A stretch of 63,275 bases of DNA, filler included, from Octopus bimaculoides (lineage: Eukaryota), in NCBI RefSeq assembly GCF_001194135.2. It is 8 parts of 8 records of this genome, joined end to end, with 100 filler letters (N's around TTAATTAATTAA, not from the genome) between each part and the next. Parts side by side here need not be neighbours in the genome. Positions count along the whole stretch, not along the records: positions 25,308 to 37,411 come from NC_068999.1; positions 37,512 to 48,035 come from NC_069002.1; 6 more parts are not named here. One strand, given 5' to 3'. Below the pieces are notes generated by a model that worked only from the letters and a program-made list of their open reading frames with translations, did no database searches and was not told where the DNA came from. Of this stretch, positions 25,393 to 40,500 are shown piece after piece (position 1 is the first letter of the stretch; every line of letters begins with the position of its first letter). The position numbers and the translations under genes are program-made.

Positions 25393-26240
25393 CAGGCTGC
25401 GATGAGTAAATTGTCCCCATCTTATGTTTTAATTTTCACACATATGTATAGTTAGGTTTTGATTTTCTCGAATATATTTTATAGTAGGGTCAGTTGGGCA
25501 TCCTCTATGAGAAAACAGCACCAAGACGCAATTCATTCTGCCACAAATTTGGAAACGCTATGCTGTACTGCAGGACTCGAGCGTGACTCTCAAATACGGA
25601 TATTTTAGCTTGTTTCTTTGTCAATGTGAGGACAGTTCAAATTGTGCACCTGCTCCGAGAGTGATAAAAATCAGTCATCCGCTCAGAATCATGGTGTTTG
25701 GAGTGGATTTTAGTGATGGCCATGTTATGCGTCCATTCATCTTAGGACACGGCTTCCGGCTCCATACGGAATCCTACATCAAGTGCCTGGAGGTGATAGT
25801 GCTATCCTTGGTCAAGAGTGTGGCTGCTGGAAGACCCTGTCTGAACACAGAACTCTGCACCATGCCACACAAGCAGGAGAAGCCATTCATGGATTTCATT
25901 CAATTTTTTCAACCGCATCACCCCTAACATTTGGCCACCTAACTCCCCAGACCGCAGCCCCTCTGATTATTGTATGTAAGCCGCAGTTGAGCGAGTCACA
26001 ATAAAACTCGTTGTAGCACCAAAGATGAACTGAAGGCAATAATTATGGCCACAGTCATACTCTTAGTCAAGGAGACAGTCCAGATGATTTGCGGAAGATT
26101 CTGAAGTCGTCTGGTGGCTGTGGTTGAAGCCAATTGCAATTCTATAGAGTAAATTCACTCTTTGGTATTTTGAGATATTTTGTTGTAATTTTAATAAATA
26201 TAACTGTTAAAATGAGATGTCAGTCTTATTTTCATTTTTG
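25393..26240 (+). mobile_element. DD37D (maT)-type Tc1/mariner transposon relic
   Basis: Left TIR ta|caggctgcgatgagtaaattgtcccc. Reads HPLRIMVFGV..SDGHVMRPFI..HGFRLHTESYIKCLEVIV...VAAGRP, then TPNIWPPNSPD and RLVAVVEANCNSIE*, frameshifted. Confidence 0.75.
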
Positions 26241-26264
26241 CGTAATTTAGACGACAGTGAATTC

Positions 26265-26320
<56 letters not shown>

Positions 26321-28227
26321 TGATAGCTAGAGATATAGATAAGTATAGATATACATATATGTATGCATTTATAAATATATAGAAATATATATTTATTAAT
26401 GTATTTATGTGTGCATGTTTATATACTTCTGTGTATGAGTTTGCATGTGGGTGCGCGCGCACGTGTGTGGGTGCGCGCGCAGGTGTGTGTGTGCCTATCT
26501 TCTACCTTTAATCAATACTTTGGTATAAGCGAAATATTCATGTCTTCATTGTTTTAATTCAAACGTATTATTATTGTTTAAAGTGTGTGACATTTATTTT
26601 TGAACGTTAATCTTCCCAATATTTTACTCTGATTGATATAATGGAATGATCGACTTTTCATCTCAATTCATATATGCTACAATAAAACACTATTTTGCTG
26701 CCTTTGAAGTAAATAAAGTACTATCTTAAAATCTGTTCAACGTTACATTTCTCACTAATCAAAGCTTTCCGTATCGTAAATATCTTACCAAAATTATCTG
26801 ATTCCATTTTTACTTCATGGTACTTGTAATTTTGTTTGTAGCTTATATGTGATTAGAATTTATTCTACTTTACAGGGTTTTTTTTTTTTTGCTTTTGTCT
26901 TTCTCTCCAAGGAATATGGAGATGGTGATGTAATAATGCTTGTCTAGTCATGTGCATTGTATAATATCATAACACATCCATTCTCCAGATATAATATCCG
27001 CAAGGATGTGTAGCATTCGCATTACAAATATAACAATTAGATTTTGGGAGTTGCTGAATTTCATATTTTTATCTAAATCGGTTTGAAACATGTGAGATAT
27101 AATGTACGCTTTTTGACTTAAAAAGGGATTTTTATCAATGTTAATTTATTTCTTCGATAGTTGTGATAATTTAATACCATTTCATGATTGGGAAACCTTT
27201 GTTCTAAATGAATTTATCATGCGGTATAGGGGATGCCTATGAGATGTCTAAAACTGATTATTCTAAGATAAACCATACACATGCAAGTTAATGTTGGTGA
27301 TGAGTAACCCAAAGTGAAGGCTGACATTACACCTTGACTATCCTGATATCTACCTGTTTTAGGCTATATTATTTCATATATCCTCTACAATTTATTAAGA
27401 GGATTTAGAAAGATGTGTCCTCTATTTTTAGTACGGTTAAAAAAAAACAGAGATGGTTAATCCGATTCCTTTTGTTTATGCATGAAAACCAGAACGCATT
27501 AGGTGTCATGCTCTGATCACATGAGGATGATGCGATCTCAGTGAAACTTGAATTTTTTTTTCTAATATGTAAATCATACAATTTATACGATGCCTCTTTT
27601 TTCCAGGCACTTCAGTTCTTTACTTTGTATATTATATAGATGTAATTCAAGACATATATGGTATATGAATAGCGATTATGTTGTATTCCTTCAGTTTTAT
27701 GTGTTTCATAATGATGTTTCTCTCATAAAGATGACTGTATACTCGCATATTTGATGTAATAACTATTTGAGAAATAAAATGTTATACGTTCCCCACGAAA
27801 CATTTCATGTCTATTTAGATATTCATAAATCCCCGATCTTTCTGCATAAAATTATTTTCTTTATGAACTTGCATCGTATAGCACTATAACAATACATATG
27901 CTATTATGAAGAAATACATATATAGTATTATTTAGAATTTAAGAAAAATAATTAAGAGGTATTTAACAAGCATCACAACGTAGGCATTATGTGCTTTGAA
28001 GGTATGGTAACGTGTACTATTACAATTATTGAAGGAACTTTTCATCACCCTACTTTAAAACATGAGGTATTGAAATCTTCACTTATTCATGTATAATGCA
28101 TTTCTGATAGTATTACGGTTTTGTAATTGCTGCTATCATTTATTAATATATTCCGTTCATCAGATTTACAAATTAGGATTATAAGACATAATTATGATTT
28201 TGTCACGACAAATGCATCATGTATATA

Positions 28228-28272
<45 letters not shown>

Positions 28273-31200
28273 TAGAGAGTAAGAGATACTGAGCGAGAGC
28301 GATAGAGAGTGAGAGAAAGATATACTGAGCGAAAGAGAGAGAGAGAGAGAGAGAAAAAAAAAGATACTGAGCGAGAGCGAATGAGAAAGAGAGAGTGAGT
28401 GCGTGTGTGTGTGTCTGTGTGTGTTTGTGAGTGCGTGTGTATGTGTGCGTGTGTGTGTGTGTGTGTGTGTTTATTGATTATTTATAAGATTGAATGGAAT
28501 CTAGCCGCAACAACTTGTAGGACACCGGAAATAGATAGGTGAAGTAACGTAGAACGGTGAAGTTATCAGATGTTGATAGGCTAATATAGATATGTAAATG
28601 CCAAATCCATTTTAACCCGTATATCCGACTCAAGGTAGTTTGTAATTGTGGCATAGGTGTAATTAAGGACACAAATAAGGTTTAAAATTTACGACAAATG
28701 TTTCTGTAGAATTGTTTTAGTGCATTCCTAGATTATATCATAAGATATAAAAAGTTTCACTAGTGTCGTTTATATTTTGTGGCGGCCTGCGCGTCAGTAT
28801 CTTTGGAAACTTGTGAATACTATACAGGATGCAGACAGATGAAATTGCAACATGTTTTCCGTTTTCTGTGTTATAACCAGAGATATACGGTGTCAATCAC
28901 AACGCGGAATCAAATGGATCCACTCCCCAACACTGCTAATTTAACTGTTCCTTCAACGCTTCAATAGGGTAGGTAGTCACAATGTGTAAGATACATCGTA
29001 ATGTTAAAAATATGTATATCAGCGACAAAGGCAGCATTACTACCTATACTCACTTATGCGTGGATGTTCTGTTAGAAGAAATTATACCGCGGTAGATATC
29101 ATGAGAGATATTCTCATGTTGTCTTTTAATAATTCTGTACCACAAGACAATCTGAGAGAAACTTTCATGCTACCTAAAGCAGTAAACTTTGTTCTAACAT
29201 AGCATCCTTGTCTAAGTGGGTATAAATATCGGTCTTAATCTTAAGTTCTTAATTAGGCGATGAACTAAATGAATCGTTAGCACGTCGTGCAAAATGCTCA
29301 GCGGCATTTCGTCTCTCTTTAATTTCTGACTTTCATCGTCCCGCGGTTGATAAAATAAGCTTCAGTTGAGCATTGGTATCCATGTAATCACCTTGTTCCC
29401 TTTCTCCGTAGTCGCTGGTTTTGCGCCAAATTTTAAAACTAAGGCTAGGGTTTCAATTGCGATAATTAATATGCTTTAATGACAGTGCTTAAGGGATTTT
29501 GTTTTAATATGTGTTTGTGTATATATGGATATGTGTCTGTAGCGATGTATTAGGTAATTTCCATTATCCCATCCCAACATATCATAGCTTTATTTCTACT
29601 GCTATATTATAAGCACATTTTCTCTTCCGGCCTGTAATATTCGTCTTAACTGTAAATCCACATGTGTAATATTGTTCATATATTTAGAGTCGAATTTGTG
29701 TTTCACTCCTCTATCATCTAGCTTGTTACATTACATATACCTCCTCCTCTATTGTACAAGATATACATCAATCTATTCTCACGTACAAAATCATGATGCT
29801 TCAATTCGATCCACCTGACATTTTCTCACTCTTTTCACAAAACCGTTCTTCTTGGAATTTTCCACCACCATAATAACATTTCATATATAACATTTCTATC
29901 TTGATTCGCCAAGAAGAGAAATAGTGATGGAATGTTATATTACAGATTTCTCTTCGAAATAGCATGACTGAACATATTATCAAGTAATTTTCAGCTTCTG
30001 ACATTCCAGCACAGAAAACCGAATTTAGCTTAGTGTAACGTTATATAAAATACAAGACATACTAACAGAAATAATATTTTAGTGAAGAATATTTTCTTGA
30101 TTAATTTGAAATAAATTATACAGAAAAAATGTGATTAACATGATCAAACGGTAGCGAAGCATTAGTTAAAATATTGACAGTCGAGGTAACTTGTTCTTAA
30201 AATTTAAAAGAGCTTAAAAGTTAAGTTCATTGCATTCTGAATTAAAATCGATGCCATTTCACCTGCGGCGTGTCTATTTTGTTTTCTGCACCAAACGATG
30301 TTAAAATAGTATGTCTTTTTCGCTTTATTTTTTTTTTCGAAGCAAAAATGTTAAAATGCACTTGAAGTTCTTTAAAATGACTCCGCATTTAGATCGTGTA
30401 GGCCTTTTTGACTACTGGTGTGGCTTTCAGCGTATCACATGGTGTAGTTTTTGCAGGATTTTAAAGATTTTCGTTGTCATTTCCGTTTGAATATCTCGTG
30501 TATTCTGAGTACTATTTTTAGTGGGGAGAGCCGAGCGATGGTTCAATGCTAGAATGCTTTGATCTGTAATGTTTTAGATGTCTGCATTTTTTGTCAGTGA
30601 AATGTTATATGCGTTAGAATACTTGTATTTGAATTGATTAATTTTTTGTTATTTATAGTTCTTGAAATATACAAAGCTAAATTAACTGGTCACTGCCATC
30701 ATGAAGTATATGATCTAATTCTTGAAGTTCTTTTTGTGTTTTTTTTTTTCAGCGTTCAAAACTCGAAACATTCGAATTTATTCTTTGTCTTATATTCGAC
30801 ATTATGCGTTTGTTATGCATTAGGTGACAAGAAGAAAACTGTATAGTTCACGGTAAAACGGTCTGCCATGGATGCCTTGGATACTTAAGAAAGATTTGTT
30901 AACATTCACTTAAACACTGTTGCAACTTCCTAATTATCGAAACTAATGAGAGACTTAAGGATATGTAAAGCTATGTCAAATTTGTCTCGTCATGAAGTGT
31001 TGTTTAGGTATTTGCTGTTGTTTATTTTTCGTTTTATTTTTGTTTTTGTTCTTTTTTTTTTTGCAGTGAAGTCACTATGGCTATAAGATGTAAAGGCCTG
31101 AAAGTAATTATATGAAAGGGCAGGAAGTTTAAATATGGCATTCTGAATAACATCTTGGCTACAGGTATAAATTAATACTGTGTCAAACCAAGGGAAAATC

Positions 31201-32647
31201 GAATGGGTGTGATTGTTCTCTTAATACAATCTGTTTAGTATTATTATCTGTATGATAATTTGCTTGTTCTTTCATTCGTTATAAATTAGTTGGTTAGAAA
31301 GGCAGAGATGAAGTGAGTGAGCGGTGGAGAGAACGTGAGTAACAAAGAAGGAGAGTGGCAGTTGAAAAGTAGAGAAATACAATCTTAATATTCTATAAAG
31401 GCAAATACGTCATGTAGTTAGTTGGAGAGAGAGCTGAAGAGTGAGAGAAAACGGCGAGAGAAAAGAGGGAGAGAGCAGTGTTAAATGCGTGCTGTAGGAT
31501 TGGGAGGGAAAGATAAAGACAAAGAGATGTGTTTAGTAAACAATATTTAGCTGAGGGTGTTGTTCTGGCAGGTGAGTTTAAACAAAGTCAGCCAGAGAGA
31601 GATAGACAGGAAAAGCAGTTATATTGAGAGAGAGATACAAACGGAAAGAGTCAGAGAGAGAGAGAAAGAGAGGAGAGAGAGAGAGAAAGAGAGGACAGAG
31701 AGAGAAAGAGAAGAGAGAGAAAGAAAGAGAGGAGAGTAAGCGAGAGAGGCGGGCATATAACCATTGTATTTTCAGAGTAGAGATATATCGAAGGCAAAAC
31801 TATATTAATGATGATGATGATGATGTTAGTTGTGGTGGAGATGGTGCATTGATGGTGAAAAAGATTTTGAAAACTAAATTGCTGCTATTCTCCTACCTGT
31901 TCGTTCACACTTTACGCTTTAGTTTTTTTTAGAGAGGAGGTGGATGTGGAGTGAGAGATGGAGAGGGGTTGTGCAAGCGAGGAAGAGGGAATGTAACAGA
32001 AATGAAGAGGGTGTGTGAGAGTCAGTGAGAGTGTAGATAGTCAGCCGATGCAATATGCTGTCATTCATGTGGTGACTGGATGTGAAAGGTGAATAGAAAG
32101 ATAGAAATGTAAAAGATACGAAGGGGGAAATGACATGGTTAAAAAGTTTCTTGAAGAGGTATAGTGAAGAGAAATATAAAGTGCTTAGCAAAGAGGAAAA
32201 GAAAATGGAGACAAGGAAGCAAATAATTATTTATTATTAAGAAGTCATTTTTGCTCCTTACAGCCGTTTCAAATAATACTCAATAATTTAATTACAAATG
32301 TGTACATCAGATCTTCATTTATGTGACCTGAGCATAATTTCATCAGAGAAAAAACAATTAGGTGTACCTTGGCATGTTATATGTGAACCTATCATCAATT
32401 CATTTGAGCAGAAATGATATAAGCTATATGATTAATATATATACCTATTTTTGTAAAGGAATTCCATTCCCTAAAACGACTAGGTATTGAGCCAGTACTT
32501 CCTTGGCTGTAACCATCCCTTCACGATGTTAAACTTATCTTCTAATTAGATGTGTGTGTGTGTGTGTGTGCGTGCCTATGTGTGTGTGTGTGTGCGTGTG
32601 TGTGTGTGTGTGTATGTGTGTGTGTGTGTCTGTGTGTGTGTGTAAAC

Positions 32648-32873
32648 TAAATGATTGACACAGAAAGCGGAGTGTAGCTAGAAGCTTTATTAGCGCAACA
32701 ATCGTTTTGGCTTCATCTACACTGCTCCCTAGTGGGCTTGGACGATGCAATGATATCGCCATTACATCCCCATTACATCGCCCCACGCTTACTAGGGACG
32801 AGGGTAGAATGAAGCCGATAATTGTGCTAATAAAACTTCTAGATAACACTCCGTCTTCTGTACTAATCATTTA
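32648..32873. other. 226-bp imperfect foldback (palindromic MITE-like element or hairpin RNA)
   Basis: Left arm taaatgattgacacagaaagcggagtgtagctagaagctttattagcgca...ggcttcatctac...ccctagt...gacgatgcaatg matches the reverse complement of the right arm almost to the centre. TA at both ends. Confidence 0.7.
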
Positions 32874-33374
32874 AAATAGACCCTACGCGCACGGCGAAAC
32901 TCCGAACGTACAACCAACGACAAACGCACAGGATCATTGATGACGCAAAATGAGCCATAAGGGATAAATGTGCCCTGCAGTAACAGTACCTGGGACTTAC
33001 CCTGAAAGAATGTTTGGATACTCCATTTAACATCACCCTTCTGAACTTAAATCATTTAATTTAAAATTTAATTTGTGTAAATATAAGTGATTGGATGTGT
33101 GTATGTGTGTGAACGTGTGTATATGTACGTATGCATGTGTATGTATGCGCGTGTATATATGTATGCGTGTGTTTGTATGCAAGCCTTTGTATGTATGCGT
33201 ATGTATGCGTGTGTGTGTATGTATGCGTGCGTGTGTATGTATGCGTGCGTATGTATGTACGTGTGTGTATGTATGGGTGTGTATATATGCGCGTGTATGC
33301 ATGCGTGTGTATGCATGCGTGTGTATACATGCGTATGTATGCATGCGCGCGTATGTATGCGTGTGAGTTTGTAT

Positions 33375-33423
<49 letters not shown>

Positions 33424-36098
33424 TGAATACACAAACACATACACATGTACATGTGTTTAAATATGCGTGTAATAGGTAATACGTATGTAATGATATAAAA
33501 AAGAAACACCCCTTTCTCCTACAATAAACACCCAAACTATTTTGAAGAGGTAGTAGATATCTATGAAGGTGCTATTCTCACACGAATAGAGAGGTACATT
33601 GGCACACATATAGGTGTGATGACTGAGACCTACGAGAAAGTAATTATACACACACTGTTAGGTATATTTACTCATAAAACCTCATATAGGCTTATATTAT
33701 ACAACCATACCTTGTTCCTAAATATAGTAAAAGAAAAGCAAATGAAGCGTGGTGCAGCATAAACTAGCAAATTACCAAATTGAAATTCAATATGTTAATG
33801 CAATTTTACGTTTTACCGCTCTATATATGATGTAGAAATTTGTCTAACGAAAGTATCATGAATAGTATTGATAACTGAATTGCAGAACCGTTACGTTAGG
33901 GGAATATAGCCAGGATGAAAGAGGATTAGATGGTTGTGCAACGGTGTGCATAAAATGCTTTCATTTTAGGTGGTAAGGTTGAAAATGGATTTTAGAAATG
34001 TATAAAGAACCTTCGAGAATGTTATGTAATCTACTGTAACGATAGTGTATACAGCTTTTGTAAAATTATAACAATGACAAAAGTTAAGCTGTGCAATGTG
34101 TAGTAGAGTATTTTGACATGAGAACATTCCTGGTTTTATTTCAATGAAAATGCATTGATGAAAATGTATTCTCTTTAAATAAAAAAAAAAAAGTTAGGAA
34201 AGCAATACAATAAAAATGCATTAACTTTAGTTTACATGTAAATATAAACAGCCATTTGCAATGTGTAAGCATTCCATAATCAAATTAGTTCTAATTGGAT
34301 GGAAAGCTAATGTAAAAGGCTAGATTATTTTAATTTCTTAAGCCAGTCTTTGTAATTGTATTACAAAGGAATGAGAACATGGCTAAATACGCTTATGTAA
34401 TCTATTGTTGATCCTAATGCATTGATTTCAAATAGTATCTAGATCGTTTATGATCCATCAACAAAATAGTTTATGATGTTCAAGTTGATTGAACCGATGT
34501 TATATTTATCAGAAGAAGACCTGAATTAAAATATTTTGCTTACGTACATTATGCTATCTGATTGCTTAAAATACACATATTCGTCTGCAATCTGTTGAAA
34601 GAAGTGCGTAATGCCATGTCAAAATTTATATTGTAATTCCATAAGGTAATGCCTTTCGCATCATTTCGAAGTAACGATAGTGTGATCATGTAGTCATGTA
34701 GCGTATTAAATAGCTCGTTTCCTTAATCGCAGAGTATATTTTTGTTTGAATTTATACATACCTATGTGCATACACTGTGCTGATCCATTCAAAGATAATG
34801 CTAGTTAGCCAGAAACGTATTCCATATGTGACCATCCCGATTCTTTGAGACTATTTTATCCAATATGTGTATACATGATTTTAAAAGGATATGTTGCAAT
34901 CTTAAGGTATTTTGATGCACAACTGTTTGCCTTTGTGGTTACTAACTCATGCAATAAAATAGATATTCTCGTTTAACAGAGATAATTGGCACAAATTGAA
35001 ATCAAGATGTCTTGATAAAGAGCAACAGTTTCAACCACACACGGTTGTTTACATAGATGAGTAAAGTTATATAAAATATATACTTTGCATTTTATGTAAT
35101 AAAAAATAATTAAGAATGAATTGTCATTTGCATTAATATGATGTTTGTGACTGTATATGTGGATCTGTTCAAGGTGATGGTACGAATTCATATACATCTT
35201 AACAACATCAAATATGAATTAAAAGCAGAGTTAAATACCATAATGCTGGAATAGAGAATATGACACTATTGAGAGAGTATATATATATTTAAATAAATAG
35301 GCAAGATCAGTAGCCGTATCACAGATAGATTATCATATCTCCTCATATCATTTAATCATTACTTCAAGAGAAACCAAAATATATGGCTTATATATAGTGT
35401 ACGTATACTAGCATTTTCAATCGCCCATTTGTAACTGAAACATTCATATATAATTGACAAAATTATTTGAATTTATTAATCAAAAAGAAGGCAGAGTTTC
35501 TAACAAATATATTAACTTATTCAATTGATTATAAATCTGTATTCGGAAAACTGGCCTTTCGCTTATTGAAGAGGAAATCATATATCGTACGTTTGAAATT
35601 ACTAATACAGTTTTCTAATCTTTACACTTCATGAGATTATGCTATCTTAGTAAATCGTATTTGTGAAAAAAGTTCAAAGGGAAAAGCGATTTCACCGCTG
35701 AATAAAGATAAATTCCAACATATCAATCAATAAAAACCAAAGTCAAAGCTTCAGATAAAAATCGTTATTTTCTCAAACGTAAAGATAAAGACGTTCTTCC
35801 ATTTCTACAGCGGTTATTGCTGCACTGTATTGGCACGCTCCCGGCAAGCGTAATCTATGATAGGAGTTTGAGTTCATGTCCTGCCTGAGGCAAGTTTATT
35901 GTTGTATGGCTGGGTCGATACAGCACGATTCAAATTTATGATGATGCACGGTTACAGGACGTAATTGTCCTTACTTTGTTTATGTAACGACTATCGCCTT
36001 CACTTTCGCTCTCTCTAACTTTCTGTAATATGTATGTGTATCTGTGTGTGTGTGTGTGTATGTGTGTGTGTGTGTGTGTGTTTGCGTGTGTGTGTATA

Positions 36099-36570
36099 CG
36101 TGATCTGACTAAAAGTATCGAGACTGTTGTAGAAACGGAGCTAATATACGCAGAGTGAAACCGCTAGACACAGATTGCTTTTGAATTCTGTCGAGCATGC
36201 ACACTCATTTACAATGTTGTCGCTCATATCCTTTGTTTATACTGTGCGTGGAATTAAATCTTCTAGAGTGTGGGGGTACCACCACATCTCAGAGTTTATG
36301 TCATTCATCATGGCAGAGAAAATATGTGTGCGCGCGCGATTGAGTGTATGTGTTTGTGTTTGCGTGAGCAAGTGATGGCGCGGTAACACAGTTTGAGTGT
36401 TATTACGGGCAAGAATCTTTCCAAAATCAAATCCCACGTGAAACGAACAATATTTCAAGACGTCGAAGAAATCCAAGAGAATGAGACAAGTCAACTGCTC
36501 TCTATGCCAAATGTGGTTCAATTGAAACTACGCAAGATAAAGTATGTGGCTTCATAAGCCGACAAATTCA
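36099..36570 (+). mobile_element. Internally deleted mariner relic
   Basis: TIR-like ta|cgtgatctgactaaaagtatcgagact; C-terminal frame LSKIKSHVKRTIFQDVEEIQENETSQLLSMP resembles mariner FPKLKxxLKGxRFxxxEEI. Confidence 0.6.
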
Positions 36571-37096
36571 AGGTAGATTTCATTGCCGAATTGATATGCG
36601 CTCAATGTTTCGGTTTATTACACCAGACCCCACACTTTTTTATCAACTAATATATTCCTTAGATAATTTTTGCATATTACACGTTCTTGCGTTAGGTTGA
36701 TGTAACATGCACAGACTTATCAAATGCTTAATGCTACAGAATTTGTTTATATCCACAAGAACCTACAGATTATTGAAGTGCAGGAAACACATTCAGCTCA
36801 GCGGAATGAATGTATATGTAGATGTCAGACGTTTCCGCACTTCAGAAAATCCTCCTGCTTCTTAATTAATGTTCTTATAAAAGGAATCGGATCCATAGAG
36901 CCCCGACTTTGCAATTTCCGGTAATATATTTTTTTTTGTCATAGACGTGTGGGTAAGAAATTGGTTTCACAATCACATGATCCGTTTGATTCAAAGGTAG
37001 AGTGCCTAAGTCAAGTGTAATATGCTGTATATGCGACTGGATCTACTAGTTATTCAGTGAAATTGGAGATCTGTTACTCTAAGCTTGCTGTATTAT

Positions 37097-37167
<71 letters not shown>

Positions 37168-37250
37168 CGTATGTATCTATGTACGTACGTATGTAAGCGT
37201 GTACGATTGTATATGTACAGTTTTAGAGAGCTATGTATCTAAAACAACTT

Positions 37251-37322
<72 letters not shown>

Positions 37323-37355
37323 CAGATAGACGGATAGATAGATAGATGGATAGAC

Positions 37356-37386
<31 letters not shown>

Positions 37387-37511
37387 CAGATAGATAGATA
37401 GATAGATAGACNNNNNNNNNNNNNNNNNNNNNNNNNNNNNNNNNNNNNNNNNNNNTTAATTAATTAANNNNNNNNNNNNNNNNNNNNNNNNNNNNNNNNN
37501 NNNNNNNNNNN

Positions 37512-40500
37512 ATACGTACGAACGTACGTTCCTACGTACGTTCGTTCATTCGTTTCTTCGTTCATTCGTACATACGTACGTATGTACGTACGTTCGTTCG
37601 TTAGTTCATTCGTTCGTACATACGTACTTACATACGTACGTTCGTTTGTTCGTACGTACGTTCGTTTGTTCGTACATACGTACTTATGTACGTACATTAG
37701 TTCGTAAGTACGTATGATCCTAAGTACGTACGTACGTGCGTAAGTTCGTTGTTTCTTTCGTTCGTACGTATGAAAGTACGTACGAAAGTACGTTCGGTCG
37801 TAAGTTCGTTCGTACATACGTACGTACGTACGTATATACGTTCGTTCGTTTGAACGTACGTACGTTCTTTCGTGCATTCGCACGTACGTACGTACGTACG
37901 TTCGTTTGTTCATACGTACGAACGTACGTTCCTACGTACGTTCGTTCGTTCGTTCTTTCGTTCGTTCGTTCTTTCGTTTGTTCGTTCATTCGTACATAGG
38001 TATGTATGTACGTACGTTCGTTCGTAACAACGTACGTTCGTACGATCGTAAATACGTAATAACGTAGGTACGTTCTTTCGTTCGTACGTACGTACATACG
38101 TTCCTTCGTTCGTTCGATCGTTCGTTTGTTCTTACGTACGTACGTACGTACTTATAAACGTTCGTTTCCTCGTTCGTTCGTTCGTTCTTTCATTCGTACC
38201 TACGTACATACTTACGTTCGTAAGTTCCTTCATTTGTTCTTTCTTTTGTTTCTTCGATCGTTCGTTCATTGGTTCGTTCGTACGTACGTACTTTCGTTCA
38301 TACTTTCTTACCAACGATCGTTCGATCTTTCGTACGTACGTACTTACAAACTTACATCCGTACGTACGCTTGTTCGCTCGTTCTTTCGTGCCTACTTCCT
38401 GTCGTACGTTCATTTGTTCGTTCGATCGTTCATGAGTATTTACGTAGGTAAGTTCGTTCATTGTTCGTTCGGTCAGTTTATTTGTACCTACGTACGTTCG
38501 TTCTTCGTTCGTTCGATCTTTCGTTAGTTCATTCTTTAGTTTGTTCGTTCGCTCATTCGTTCATACGTACGTTCGTATGTACGTTCGTTAGCTCGTTCGT
38601 ACGTACGTACTTAGGTACCAATTTACATAGTACGTACGTACGTACGTTCGTTCGTTCGTTCGTTCGGTCGTTCGTACGTACGTATGTACGTACGTTCGTT
38701 CTTTCGTTCGTACTTACGTACGTACGTTCGATCGTTCGTTCGTACTTAGGTTCGTACGTACGTTCGTTTGTTCGTTCATTTTTTTCGTTCCTTTTCTCTT
38801 TCGTACGAGCATATGTTCGTATGTTCGTTCGATCGTTCGTTCGTTCTTTCGTTTGTATGTACTTACGTACGAACATAGGTACGTTCCTTCGTTCGTAAGT
38901 TCGTTCGTTCGTTCGTTCATTCGTAAGTACGTAGGTTCCTAAGTACGTACGTCCGTTCGTCGTTTCGTTCGTTCGTTCTTACGTACGTACGTTCGTTTCC
39001 TCGCTCGTTCGTTCGTTCTTTCATTCGTACCTACGTACATACTTACGTTCGTTCGTTCCTTCATTCGTGCTTTCTTTTGTTTCTTCGATCGTTCGTTCGT
39101 TCGTTCTTTCGTACGTACGTACGTACATCCGTACGTTACGTTTGTTCGCTCGTTCTTTCGTGCCTACTTCCTTTCGTACGTTCGTTTGTTCGTTCGTTCG
39201 TTCGATCGTTCATGAGTATTTACGTACGTAAGTTCGTTCATTCGGTCGTTTTTTTCGTACCTACGTACGTTCTTCGTTCGTTCGATCTTTCATTCGTTCG
39301 ATAGTTCGTACGTTCATTTGTACGTACGTACGTACGTTCGTTCATTGGTTCAATCGGTCGTTCGTACGTACGTTAGTTCGTCCGATCGTTCGTTAGTTTT
39401 TTCGTTGGTTCAATCGTTCGTTCGTTCTTTCTTTTGTTCTTTCATTCATTCGTTCTTTCTTTCGTTCGATCGTTCTTTCGTTCGTTCGTACGTACTTACG
39501 TACATACATACATACGTACGTACGTTCGTTCGTTCGATCGGTCTTACATACGTACGTATGTACGTACGTTCGTTCGTTTATTCGTATGTACGTACGTTCA
39601 TAAGTACTTACGGACGTCCATTCGTTCGTTCGTTCATTCGTGCGTACGTACGTACGTACGTTCGTTCTTTCATTCGTACGTACGAAAGTACGTTCGGTCG
39701 TTCGTTCGTTCGTTCGATCGTTCGTTCATACGTACGAACGTACGTTCCTACGTACGTTCGTTCATTCGTTCATTCGTACATACGTACGTATGTACGTACG
39801 TTCGTTCGTTAGTTCATTCGTTCGTACGTACGTACTTACATACGTACGTACAAACGTACGTTCGTTTGTTCGTACATACGTACTTATGTACGTACATTCG
39901 TAAGTACGTATGATCCTAAGTACGTACGTACGTGCGTAAGTTCGTTGTTTCTTTCGTTCGTACGTATGAAAGTACGTACGAAAGTACGTTCGGTCGTTCG
40001 TACAGACGTATGTACGTACGTTCGTTCGTAACAACGTACGTTCGTACGATCGTAAATACATAACGTAGGTACGTTCTTTCGTTCGTTCGTTCGTACGTAC
40101 GTACATACGTTCCTTCGTTCGTTCGATCGTTCGTTCGATCGTTCGTTCGTTCTTACGTACGTAGGTACGTACTTATAAACGTTCGTTTCCTCGTTCGTTC
40201 TTTCATTCGTACCTACGTACATACTTACGTTCGTAAGTTCCTTCATTTGTTCTTTCTTTTGTTTCTTCGATCGTTCGTTCATTGGTTCGTTCGTACGTAC
40301 GTACGTACTTCCGTTCGTTCTTTCTTACCAACGATCGTTCGATCTTTCGTACGTACGTACTTACGAACTTACATCCGTACGTACGTTTGTTCGCTCGTTC
40401 TTTCGTGCCTACTTCCTTTCGTACGTTCATTTGTTCGTTCGATCGTTCATGAGTATTTACGTACGTAAGTTCGTTCATTGTTCGTCCGGTCAGTTTATTT

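Noticed and set aside
33545-33585. gaggtagtag resembling let-7
   Set aside because: The 5' U and the 3' half of let-7 are missing and no precursor hairpin is evident.
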